NCBI RefSeq assembly: GCF_000281045.1
Contig: NW_008246072.1
Span: 699,232 to 763,231, forward strand
Origin: Saprolegnia diclina VS20
Taxonomy: Eukaryota
Direction: 5' to 3'
DNA length: 64,000 bases
Translations under genes and position numbers: made by a program
Notes under the pieces: model-generated
The model's database searches: none
Seen by the model: only the letters and a program-made list of their open reading frames with translations
What the model was told of the DNA's origin: nothing
Shown: positions 24,276-35,789 of the stretch, one piece after another
How positions within the stretch are numbered: the stretch's first letter is position 1
Layout: every line of letters starts with the position of its first letter

Positions 24276-25870
24276 CAACGAGTGCGAGATGAACCACCTG
24301 TATGAAGTTGTATCAACTTGATACAGTGTGTGCAGTCAAGGGCCGTGCGGTGTGTTGTCGGCACTTGGTAATATGAAGGAGGCTAGGTATAGGCAGTGGG
24401 AAGTCACGTTGGCTCCCACATCGCCTTGGCTTGGAATGCCCACTCGAGCCGGGTGGGTTGTCTGTATGTATGAACGTGTTTCGCGTTATCTTCGTTTTCA
24501 CAATGGCGAGCTTGCTCAGGGGGCAATGGGCGTAATGCCTTCATTACTGCCAGGACCTCGGGTGAGGTGAGGCGGGTTGCTTAGTAGGAGTGCATCTAGA
24601 ATGCTAGCTCTACGACGGCTCGCAAGATACGCCCCTTCGTGAAAAGGTCGTTTCGACTTCCTACGCGCGCAAAACACCCATATTACAAAGACTTCGCATA
24701 CGTAGCGCTGAATGCGTGGGAGTTGGCACCAGCACTTGGTCGCCGTGGTGGACCCCACTCGCCGAGTCATAGCTCGCGCGAGGTCGTACGCAGGCTCCTA
24801 CTGTACTCGGACCACCCTGTATAAAGGAGATGTCGGCGCTGCCCACAGTAGCAGCACGATGAAGGCGGGCTGGCAATGGTGTGGATTTGGTGATGCGTGT
24901 ACCGAGGCGGAACCAGTTGCGTTTGGATTCCACCGTACCCATGTCCTGCCTCGTCGCGTGTTAGAATCGAATGAACTAGAGAAGTTGAACTCTACGCTGT
25001 AGCCCAGTTGAGAGCTAGAACGCCACCACCAATGTAGGCAGTAATACAAGCTGCAAACCTCGGCATGTTCATGCGACGACGCGACTAGGATTTCATCAAC
25101 TTGGCACAACGAGGTGGCTGGAAGGAGAAACGAGCACGTTCTCGTGTCGACATACATGTAGCATCGCTCCCCACAAGACGGTGGACTCGAGACAGTGGTT
25201 GGTGCACCATTAATACTCGTCGGCAAATGTAGAAGCTGTGGTCTTGAAGCGTCTTTATCGTCTGGTGGCCCTCTCTCAGATCTTCCGCGTCTCCACGCCC
25301 AACCGAGTCACCCTTCGGGAGAGCTGGAGAGGAAGGTCCTGCCTAGCCCAGCGACCGGCACAAAAGTAGCTCGCTGAACCTTGTAGCTGCACGTGATGCA
25401 AACGTTCCGTCGCTGTGTGGTCTTGCCACTCTTGGCTCCCACAGTATCCAAAAGCGTTCTCCCAAGTCGCTAATATACCACGCATGACGTTAGGTGGTCA
25501 TCCCACTATCAACGCGCCATCAGTATGGTGGCAAGATCTACCCGGTCGACCTGGCTATCGCGTCCTGGGGCGTCGACCGCAGCGTCTCCTGGTACTGATG
25601 CCCACCAGAAACGCGTCGTCTTGAGCTCATCGAATTCTCATCGCTTCCGGCATGCGCTGCGATCTCCGCCGTGCAGAGCGTCCAACCCTGGAATCAACCA
25701 CAAGGTCGTATTCTTTGCCCGCAGATCGCTGAACTGTCGGTTGTCGCTGGCATCTTGCGAGTAGCGGTGACGGTGCAAGCACCGCTGACGCGTCGTTCTT
25801 TCCAGCGATACGAGCCAGCACGACCACCGTCCCTCGACTCGTCCCGACAGCGTAATTTCGGCACAAATTC

Positions 25871-26611
25871 ATGTTGCGGCACCTCGTCCTGCTCCTTGTC
25901 TTGTGGGCCAACGCTGCGGCTACGTCGGTCCTCCATCGATGGCCAACGCTCGGAAATGCAATCTCGCTGTCGCCCAATGCGGTTCTCAAAAGAACGAGCT
26001 CGTTCCTTGAGAACACCACGGCGACGCAGCCGGACAATGCGACAACCCTCGTCCCGTTCACACCGTGTCACTCGACGTCAGTGGCGCCGAGTTGGTCACC
26101 GACGACACGAGCCGTGGCAACCGACATCGCCGTGCCCATCCTCACTACTAGGATCTCGACACCAACGTCGTCACTACCCAGTCTACCAACAGGTACACAT
26201 CGCTAGTCAAGAAGCAGACTCATGGGCCGCGTAGATCCCAGCACTTCAGAGCGCTGGACTGTGGTCGTGGCCTCCACCCTCTTTATTGCGAGTGCTGTCG
26301 GTCTCGCGATCGCTGCTTGGATCTTCGGGCAGCGCTCTCGTCGGCATAGCGAGATAGGAAGCGAGCGACCGCGCTTTGCGTTTCAACCGCGCTACCTCAT
26401 TCCGCAAGGCCCGTACGATGTGGTACTTGCAACGGCCACGTTTGGCGCCGATGCTTCCGTGCACCGACGGTTGCTCCTTGCACTCCATCTCGAGACACTG
26501 CGGGCTCTCGAGGCTGGCGGTAGCAATCATCGCCGATCCGAGATCAATAGCATCGACAGCGACAGTATCTCTAGCAGCTCCGACGCAACAGAAGATAGTA
26601 ACAAGTCCTAG
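25871..26611 (+). CDS. Signal peptide + Ser/Thr-rich stalk + single TM protein, 2 exons
   Basis: MLRHLVLLLVLWANAAA; intron 26193-26234 joins in frame to TM WTVVVASTLFIASAVGLAIAAWIFG. Confidence 0.7.
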
Positions 26612-26838
26612 AATCTGTCGTCATCACTTCGGCTTTGCTTCTCCCACCGACAGTGGAGTCCAAGTCCCCACGAATAATTCACCTCACGAGCCGATGACAA
26701 ACGAGCGACAACTGACTTGCATGAAAGAACGTTGCGACAAAGCCCTTGTTCAACGGGCATCTCCCGGTGGACAAAAGTCGTCCCTGTCCCAGGTTCCGGT
26801 CCCGCTCGCCTCACTTTTCATTGCTCTTGCCGAGTCGA

Positions 26839-27891
26839 ATGGAGTGCTTTATCGTTCTCTTCCTCGTGGCACTGTGTGGCTGGGAGGCGATCGCGTGGCT
26901 GCGCGGACCAAAGCTTCCACGCGACAGCTCCTTTGGCTGCACCGTCCACGGCGTCCTACGCGGCCACAACGTTTCTTCGTACTACCTCACCAACGGTCAA
27001 CTGCGCTACCTCGTTGGCGAGCCGCACGACGTGGGTGCCATCTACCAAGTGTGCGACCACGGCACACTGACTTGCTACCAAGAAGACGGCACCGCAGATG
27101 GGCACATCGACGACGTCGTCGCTTGCCCACGCGACGCCACTCACCGCCGCCTCGGGGTTGCCAGCGACAAGAAGCGCCGGCTCTGGCCCGACGCGGTTCT
27201 CTGCTATGAGGTGGCGGACTCGGCTTTCACCGAGTCCGAGCGCACCGCCGTGTTTGCCGCCATGACGGTGTTGGCTGCGGACACGGGTCTCGCCTTTATG
27301 GCCCGTCACGAGTGTGCTGCCGGTGCGACGATCTGCGGTCACTGTCAGCACTACGTCTCGATCGAGCAAGACCCCCGAGACAAGCGTGGTACGTTTGCCG
27401 AGGTGGGCTACCGCGGCAAGGCCGGCCAGAAGCTCAATTTGCTGCCGCGGGCCTTCCACCATGGGCTTGGGTCGCTCATGCACGAGCTCCTGCATGCGTT
27501 TGGCGTCGTGCACGAGCACGCGCACCCGGCGGCCAACGCTGTCGTCCTTCGCAACACGCTGGGCCTTGTCGCGCGAAGCAACTATGTGCTCATCAAGGAG
27601 GCGCTCGTCACGATGTACGACGTGCACTCGATCATGCACTACGGCCACGGCCTCTGCCTCCCAAAGAGCCGCAGCATCAAGTACTGCGCGATCGATCAAA
27701 ATGAACGCGACGGCTGCGTCGTTGCGACGGCCGACGACTGCGACCACGAGCAGTCGAAAGTCCTCGGGCAGCGCCGAGCCCTGAGCAAAGGCGATGTGCG
27801 CAGCGTGCAGCTGCTCTACGGTCTCGCAACGACCGTCACGCGCGACCAAGTGCGAGCGGCTGCGCAGTTGCCAGGGCCAAGCCCGCACTAG
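26839..27891 (+). CDS. Secreted astacin-family (M12A) zinc metalloprotease
   Basis: Hydrophobic N-terminus MECFIVLFLVALCG; HELLHAFGVVHEH zinc motif; Met-turn YDVHSIMHYG; LGQRRALSKGD. Confidence 0.92.
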   Translation: MECFIVLFLVALCGWEAIAWLRGPKLPRDSSFGCTVHGVLRGHNVSSYYLTNGQLRYLVGEPHDVGAIYQVCDHGTLTCYQEDGTADGHIDDVVACPRDATHRRLGVASDKKRRLWPDAVLCYEVADSAFTESERTAVFAAMTVLAADTGLAFMARHECAAGATICGHCQHYVSIEQDPRDKRGTFAEVGYRGKAGQKLNLLPRAFHHGLGSLMHELLHAFGVVHEHAHPAANAVVLRNTLGLVARSNYVLIKEALVTMYDVHSIMHYGHGLCLPKSRSIKYCAIDQNERDGCVVATADDCDHEQSKVLGQRRALSKGDVRSVQLLYGLATTVTRDQVRAAAQLPGPSPH

Positions 27892-28332
27892 CACCCGCGT
27901 CGCGATTCGTGCGTTCGGTGCAGGGTAATGAGCAATGCATATGCAGCATTGGGGGCGTATATGCATGATGGTGATGCAAGGAGACCAGCCTCGAGTGGCA
28001 TGCACAGCAGCTTACGGTTCGGCTCATACGCATGCTGTCAAGCGCAGGCCTTCGTCGGTGGTCAAGGCGGTAGCTCGGTGGCACGCGTGTCAAGGCCACT
28101 CTGTCAAGAGCAGTTCATCATGCAGCGAATGGAGCTGGAGCTTCATGCCGATGCAAAATGAAGGCCTCTACCTCGCCCATCCTCACGGTTGCTCGCCTCG
28201 GCGCATGGCGATCGTCAGGCGCATCGCGCAATCGCGGGCGACGAACTTTTCTTGTGGCGTTCTTCTACGGATACCATGGTCGTATCCGGCCGTGCATGAC
28301 GCAATCAATCTTCCAGGAAATCTCTCCCAGAT

Positions 28333-28349
28333 TGCATTTTCAGATTTCC
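28333..28349 (+). promoter_or_regulatory. Oomycete Inr/FPR-like core promoter
   Basis: TGCATTTTCAGATTTCC ending a few nt before the trpA ATG; resembles the oomycete CATTYYNCAWTT element. Confidence 0.45.
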
Positions 28350-28355
28350 ATCCGC

Positions 28356-29335
28356 ATGAGCCGGTAAGCGCGTCGCCGACGTCGCTGGACGAGAGCTCAT
28401 GAGGCCGTCAACGTAGTATCGACGCTACGTTCGCCAAGTGCAAGGCCGCGCAGAAGACGGCGTTCATCACGTTCATCCCGTGCGGCTACAAGACCAAGGA
28501 AGACACGGTCCCGATCTTGCTCGCGTGCCAGGCCGGCGGCGCCGACATCATCGAGGTACGCCCGGTGCTACGCCTCCTCGCCTGCCTCACACATGCACCA
28601 GGTTGGCGTGCCGTACTCGGATCCTGGCGCCGACGGTCCCGTCATCCAGAAGGCCCACCAGAACGGTGTCGACCAAGGCATCACGTTCAAGCACGTGCTG
28701 GCGACGGTCGCCGAAGCCCGGTCCCGCGGCCTCACGATTCCTGTCGTGCTCATGGGTTACTTCAACAACTTTATGCAGTACGGTCTCGACATTGTGTGCC
28801 AAGACGCCAAGCAAGGTACGAACTACACGGACTTTGCGCATCGGCTAAGGGGCATGTAGCGGGCGCCGACGGCTTTATCATTGTCGACTTGCCGCCGGAA
28901 GAGGCCAAGGACATGAGCAGCCTCTGCAAGAAGCACGGTATCAACTTCATCCCGCTCGTCGCGCCGACCACATCCGAGGAGCGCATGCGTACGTCATCTT
29001 ATTTCCGATCGTTTGGGATCTCATCGACACGATCCTTAGCCTTTATCGAATCGGTCGGCTCCGGCTTTGTGTACGTCGTGAGCCTCAACGGCGTCACGGG
29101 CTCACGCACGTCGCTGCCCGTTGACGTCTCGTCGTTTGTCGAGCGCGTGCGCCGCCACATTTCGCTGCCGCTCGCGCTCGGCTTTGGCCTTTCGACCAAA
29201 GAGCACGTGCAGGCGGCCGGGAAGCTCGCGGAAGGCGCCGTCATTGGCTCCAAGATCTGCAAGGTCATTGACGAAGCACCGGCGGCGGAACGCGCGGCCA
29301 AGGTCGAAGAATTCTGCCTCTCGATCACGTCGTAA
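28356..29335 (+). CDS. trpA: Tryptophan synthase alpha subunit (stand-alone), about 5 exons
   Basis: MSR|IDATF (intron 28364-28416), ADIIEVGVPYSDPGADGPVIQ, PVVLMGYFN, DGFIIVDLPPEE, LVAPTTS, FVYVVSLNGVTG, LGFGLS, GAVIGS; stop TAA 29333-29335. Confidence 0.95.
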
Positions 29336-29939
29336 TGAAGCCGTACTGCATCTGTGTTGAATCAGTCGCTAGTCATCCTGCCATACCTGCATCAAGCACT
29401 GTCTGAATGGGGAAAAGGTACGGGGGCGGTCGAGTTTGTGTGCGCGCGTTCGTCCCTGGGAAGCTCGTCGACAGGCTTCTCACCAAGAGTCCATAGATGG
29501 AGGCTGCTAGCTATATCCTTGTACACTTACAAGGGTACTCGTACATCCCCACGGAGGTGCGACTATCACATCATGCTAGCAGTCGCACCAAGGAGCGGCG
29601 AGTTTGAAAGACGCTTTGGTGGTGTAAGGTTAGGGAATTAGTTGAGTGTGAAAGTAGGGTGTTTGATTTTGTGGGCATGAAAAAGGGATAATTTGTGAAT
29701 CGAAGAGAGTACAGGTACTAAGTACTTAGTTTGTGTAGAGGTTAAAAATGATTTCTAAGTGTACACGCTCGGTTCCCACGACACGACGGGTTGAGCACGA
29801 CGCCACTCGTCAGCGGACTGATCAGCAAGTGCGATAACTAGTCACCATAAATGTAGACTGGTGGGCTAGCAAAAACAATAATTTGCACTAGCAATTGTAA
29901 AATAGGCTATATTAAAACTACAGTGGTATAATAAGCAAA

Positions 29940-30011
29940 GCATTTTGCCGAGCCGATTAGCGGCCACGACTGCACATGCATTGTCGCGGGTTCGAGTCCC
30001 GCAAAGTCGCA
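29940..30011 (+). pseudogene. Degenerate tRNA-like sequence (tRNA pseudogene or SINE head)
   Basis: Perfect T-arm GCGGG-TTCGAGT-CCCGC (29986-30002), D-arm-like GCCG-N10-CGGC, and CTGCA at the anticodon-loop position; acceptor and anticodon stems pair poorly. Confidence 0.5.
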
Positions 30012-30272
30012 CTCTTCGAAGCCCAGCGTGACATTTCTATTTGTCTAAGGGCAGGGTCAATAAGAGTGCAATAAATAGCTAGGTTGTCCGGGTGTCAGTA
30101 CTGGGTTGGGCTACGGTCCTCGTCCTAGACGCTGCCAATCGATGACCATACATTTTATAAGTCAACGCAAAAAAGTTCCGAAACGAAGCGTCTTTAATCC
30201 AGGCTTTGTCCGCGTTTCAAAGCCTAGGGTACGCGAAGCCAAGCAAATCTTTTGGGAACCGACGCGAGCAGC

Positions 30273-31144
30273 ATGGACCGAGACGCATGGAAGGCGCGGG
30301 GCAACGCGTGCGTCCAGACCGCCGCCTACGCCGACGCCATCGCCGCCTACAACGAAGCGCTCAAAATGGACGGCGACCAAGCCGGGACAAGCGCCATCCT
30401 CTGCAACCGAGCGTTCGCGTGGCTCCAGCTCGCCACGCCCGACGCGCTCCACCAAGCCGTCGCCGACTGCTCGGCCGTGCTCTCGAACGAGAAGGCCAAT
30501 GTCAAAGCTTTGTATCGGCGCGCCTCTGCGCGGCAAGGCTTGCAGCAATGGCAGGTAGGATCACATATCGTGTGACGCTTCCGGCAGCCGTGCTCGTGTA
30601 GGACGCCAAGATCGACCTCGAAGCCATCATTGCGCTCGAGCCGGGACACCCGCAGGCGCTCGCCGATCTCGACCGCGTCCGTATCCAGATCGCGGCTGTG
30701 ACGGCCAACGGTCTCTTTGACCCATCGTTCCAGGCCAAGATGCTCGCTGCGATCGCGTCGGGTGAGGCGATCCCGTCGGTCGCGCCGCTGCCGCCGCCAG
30801 CGCCATCCGCACAAACAGCGCGGGCGAAGAAAGCGTCGTCGAGCAAGGTCGACGAGGCGATGGCGAGTCTCGTCCGCGAGTGTTCCCTGGCGGCGACGCC
30901 GGTGCAGAGCGCTGCGTCCGAAGCTGCGTGGCACGAGCTCCAAGCAGCGGAAATCGCACTGCCGACAATTGTTCAAAAGACCAAATCGCACAAGAGAAAA
31001 ATCGGCTTGCAGAGCACTCGGCAGCGACAAGCGCCGCCACGGCCCAGCGCCAAGACAGATGCGCTCTGGCAGGCGCTGCTCGACGAAGAAAGCTCGACGC
31101 GGGCTCGCTTCACGCAAGCACGGACGTCGCGGGCGTTGTCGTAG
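30273..31144 (+). CDS. TPR-repeat co-chaperone-like protein, 2 exons
   Basis: KARGNA...Y..AI..YNEAL, ILCNRAFA, VKALYRRA; intron 30555-30601. Confidence 0.88.
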
Positions 31145-31274
31145 CTGCCGGTGTCGAAACACAATGGCAACATGTCAACCAGCATGATGAAGAGATGCAT
31201 GTCAACGCACAATTACTGTATTCACACACGAGTGCTACTACGGCTGGCTTTTCGGAGGCCTCCACGGAAGAGAC

Positions 31275-32451
31275 TTACTCTTCGAGGTAGACGTCCATGG
31301 GCGGGCACGAGCAGACGAGGTTGCGGTCACCAAAGACGTTGTCGACGCGGCCGACGGTCGGCCAGTACGCCTTGGTCTTGCCGCCGTTGTGCCACGGCGC
31401 AGGGAACGCCGCCTCAGCGCGCGAGTACTTGCGGTCCCACGTCTCGGTCGTCACGACGTCAATCGTGTGCGGCGCGTGCTTGAGCGGCGAGTCTTCGGCC
31501 GCGATCTTGCCAGCGGCAATGTCGTCAATCTCCTTGCGGATGAGGATCATGGCCTGGCAGAAGCGGTTCATCTCCGAGAGGTTCTCGCTCTCCGTCGGCT
31601 CAATCATGAGCGTGCCGGGCACGGGCCACGACATGGTCGGGCTGTGGAAGCCATAGTCCTGGAGGCGCTTCGCGACATCTTCCTCGACGATCCCGTGCGA
31701 CTTGAACGGGCGAATGTCAATGATAAACTCGTGCGCGCACGTGCCGTTGGAGCCGCGGAACACAATGTCGTAGTGCGACTCGAGCACCTTGGCCATGTAG
31801 TTGGCGTGCAAAATCGCATGCGACGTCGCCTTCTTCAGGCCTTCTTCGCCGAGCATGTGAATGTACATCCACGAGATCGGGAGGATGCCGGCCGAGCCGA
31901 ACGGACCCGAGCTCACCGAGAGGTTGTCCTTGGCGACCACGTTGTCGCCCTCGCCGCCCGTGACCGTGATCGGGTTGCCCGGCAAAAACGGCGCGAGGTG
32001 GTGCGCGACGCCGATCGAGCCGACCCCGGGACCGCCACCGCCGTGGGGAATGCAGAACGTCTTGTGCAAGTTGAGGTGGCACACGTCCGCACCAATGCTG
32101 CCGGGGTTGGTGAGCGCAACCTGCGCGTTCATGTTGGCGCCGTCCATGTACACCTGGCCGCCGTTGTCGTGGATGAGCTGGACCATCTCCTTGACGCCTT
32201 CCTCAAACACGCCAAAGGTCGAGGGGTACGTGATCATGAGCGCGCTGAGCTCGTGCGCGTGCTTCTTGGCCTTCTCCTCGAGGTCGGCGCGGTCAATGTT
32301 GCCGGCCGCGTCCGACTTGATGACGACGACCTTCATGCCGGCCATGACGGCACTCGCAGGGTTCGTGCCGTGGGCCGAGACCGGGATCAAGCACACGTTG
32401 CGGTGGCCCTCGCCAATCGACTTTTGGTACGACCGGATCGCGAGAAGACCC

Positions 32452-32484
<33 letters not shown>

Positions 32485-34333
32485 GACGAGACCGCGGCAA
32501 AGCCCGTGATCTCGGCAAGCGCCTTGTGCAGGCCCTCAATCATCTCGAGGTACCCCTTCGTTTGTTCGACAGGCGCGAACGGGTGCACGTTCATAAACTC
32601 ATTCCACGACACCGGCTCGAGCTCCGCGACAGAGTTGAGCTTCATCGTGCACGACCCGAGCGAGATCATCGATGTGTTGAGCGAGAGATCCTTGTCCTCG
32701 AGCGTCTTGAGGTACCGCATGAGCTCCGTCTCCGAGTGCTTCGAGTTGAAGATGCGGTGCTCCAAGAACGGCGTCGACCGGCGCAGCGACGCCGGGATGC
32801 TCGACGCCTGGATACCCGCGGCCTTCTCGCCAAGCCCGTACACGGCCGAGTCGCTCACCGAGTCGTTGACGCCAAACGCATACAAGAGCTTGGCAATGTC
32901 CTTGACGTCGGCGCTCTCACCAAAGGCAACGCCGACGCGCGACTCGCTGATGACGCGCACGTTGATCTCCTTGGCGTTCGCCCGCGACTGCACCTCGGCG
33001 CCACTGAGACCCGCCCCCGAAACGTCGAGCTCGATCGTATCGAAAAAGTGCGAGTTGACGAGCTTGACGCCGGGTGCGAGCTCGCTCAAACCCGCGATAA
33101 GCGTCGACGCCATCAAGTTGGCGCGCGTCGCGATGCGGCGAAGACCGTCCGGGCCGTGGTAGATGGCGTAGCTGGCGGCGATGTTGGCGAGGAGCGCCTG
33201 CGCCGTGCAAATGTTGCTCGTCGCCTTGTCGCGGCGAATGTGCTGCTCGCGCGTCTGCATGGCCATGCGGAGCGCGCGCTCACCGCGCGAGTCCTTGGAG
33301 ACACCAATGATGCGGCCGGGCAGCTTGCGGTGGTGCTTCTCCGTCGTCGCAATGAAGCCGGCGTGGGGACCACCAAAGAAGAGGGGCACGCCAAAGCGCT
33401 GGGCCGACCCGACGGCAATGTCGGCGCCAAACTCGGCCGGCGGCTTGAGCTGCGTGAGCGCAAGAAGGTCCGTCGCGACGATGACCATCGTGCCGTTGGC
33501 GTGCGCGGCCGTCGTAAACGCTTCATAGTCGGCCACCGAACCGTACGTGTTGGGGTACTGGATCAAGGTACCGCTGAAGTCACCGCTCGAAAAGTCGGCG
33601 TCCGTGAGCGCGTTGCCAAAGACGAGCTCGATGCCAAACCCTTCGGCACGCGTCTTAAGGACCGCGATCGTCTGCGGGTGGCAGTCGGACGCGACAAAGA
33701 ACTTGGTGCGCTTGCCGTTCGCGGCGCCGTGGCAGAGCGCCATGGCCTCGGCGGCCGCCGTGCCCTCGTCGAGGAGAGACGCACCAGCGATCGGGAAGCC
33801 CGTGAGGTCGCTGAGCATCGTCTGGAAGTTGAGGAGCATCTCGAGGCGGCCTTGGGACACCTCGGCCTGGTACGGCGTGTAGGCCGTGTACCAGCCCGGG
33901 TTCTCGAGCAAGTTGCGCTTGATCGCGAACGGCGTCAAGCAGTCGTTGAAGCCCGTACCAATGAACGACTTATACGTCTTGTTCTTCTTGGCGATCTTGC
34001 GGAGCTTGGCCATGGCCTGGCTCTCCGACATGGGCGCGGGGAGGTTGAGCTTCTTCTTGAGGCGGATCTCCTTGGGCACCGTCTTCTTGATGAGCGCCTC
34101 GAGCGACTTCTCGCCGATCGTGTTGAGCATGAACGCCGTGTCGTCCTCGCTCGCGCCAATGTGGCGACGCGCAAACTGGTCCGTGAGGCGGTACGGATCC
34201 TTCGCGGCCGAGAACGCGCGGGCCGCGTTGACCTTGGTCTACACATACAGAGCGTCAACCTCCGCTTCCTTCTCCATCTTCCTCAACGCACCAGGGACGC
34301 ATGGACGCGGAGCGTCTTGACGGAGCGCAGCAT
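31275..34333 (-). CDS. gcvP: Mitochondrial glycine dehydrogenase (decarboxylating), glycine cleavage P protein, 2 exons
   Basis: Presequence MLRSVKTLRVHASL, intron 34291-34239, FARRHIG, ENPGWYTAYTPYQAEVSQGRLE, LGSCTMKLN, HLNLHKTFCIPHGGGGPG (PLP lysine), GDRNLVCSCPP. Confidence 0.98.
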
Positions 34334-35789
34334 CCTCCCGACGAACGAAATGCTAAAGTGAGCGCCCGTGATATCTTGGAAATGGATCCGGATACGGCAC
34401 CAAAAGATTTGCGGCCATTTTGTATGGTTATCCGGATATCGCTATTTAATTGAAAGGAAATCCCTCGCCACAGCTCATTGGCCTGTCTCGCAACTTGAAG
34501 GTGGAACAGCTGGCGATCCTAATTAGGATCCCAAAGTAGGTCAGCCGGGAGGGTGGGCCCCCTGGTCACCTTCTCACAGGAAGTCCCCCGAAGAAAATAT
34601 CGAAGCGCCGCTCCAAGTTGAAGCCGAGTTGCCGTCTCCATCGAGTCAAGGCGACACCAAGCCCAACCGACGACATGTCCTCACGGATGAGGCGATGGAT
34701 GGCGACTCCATCTAGCTGCTGGTCAGCTGGTAGGAGCTGCTGCTGTGCGGTGGTGGGGCCCCGAATCAGGTACAACACCCAGGCGACCCCGCAGATGTTG
34801 CTCGCCACCTTGAAGCTGCTTCGAAAGCACTTCTTTGATTCGACTTCCGACAAGCAAGAACACCACGATCTTCGCCTCCTCTTGGCTGAGCTCTTGGTCG
34901 CATTTGTGGCTTGGACCCTCCCTACATCGCGTTGGCTGCCATGGGGGTGGGTACGTTTCAACTGTTGGCTGTCAAGATCATACAATGTCATGGCTGCAAT
35001 AACTAGTTAAAGACTCCAGCTAACTCTAACTTAGAGTTGGCTCAGCTACCAGCTTGAGATCCCGGGATGCATTATCGTCGGCGCCAACGACGCTGGTATG
35101 AACGGATCCCAACAAGGTCACGTGCTCGACAGCAAGCGCGGCGGCTCACCAGGGGGGGTCACAAAGAAAGGAGGCGCCACATCAATCGCGCCTGATTTCA
35201 ATTTCATTTCGGACTCTGGACTGACTAAACAAGTCGCGGCCAATCGAGGTGCGCCAGCGTGCTACTGTACGACGCCGCCCGTGCGCGACTGGTCCACGAT
35301 TGGCAGGCGGCAATCTGAGTAGGTACGTGAAGATGCGAGTCACCCAAGGCGCCCGGCCACGCCGCCACGCAGGCAGCATGGAGCATCGTCGCCGCATGTA
35401 GCGATCGTCGGCCACGAGCGCTGACGCCCGCTCGGAACGACCACCGGCACTTTAGCCATCTGGGCCTCGTGCGCCTTGAAGGTATCCACTTGAGCTTGGC
35501 TTCGGCAAGCGGACGCGTGGCAGCCGCTCTGCGCTGCATCGAGCCATTGGCCGATCGAGCGAGCTCATTCGAGCGAGCAGCAAGTGCTGTTCAGGTAACC
35601 CGCGGCGAGCCAAGCAGCCAGCAGCTCTGTGAGCACAGCGATGGCCACGTGTCTCGACACGTTAAGCAACGAGAGCTATCGGTACAAGGAGGAGGTTGTT
35701 TACAAGAGGGTGGGGATAGATAATTCTACGACTTGCAGACGCCGACAACAACGACAAGGACAGCAACGACGACATAGCCACGGGCGTCG

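Noticed and set aside
24330..25800. Many short ORFs
   Set aside because: No coding bias or motif recognised; probably decayed or intergenic sequence.
31389..34361. 990-aa antisense ORF over gcvP
   Set aside because: Same antisense shadow effect.
34600..35000. Possible non-LTR retroelement 3' relic
   Set aside because: Only vague resemblance; no RT or endonuclease motif and no poly-A/TSD.
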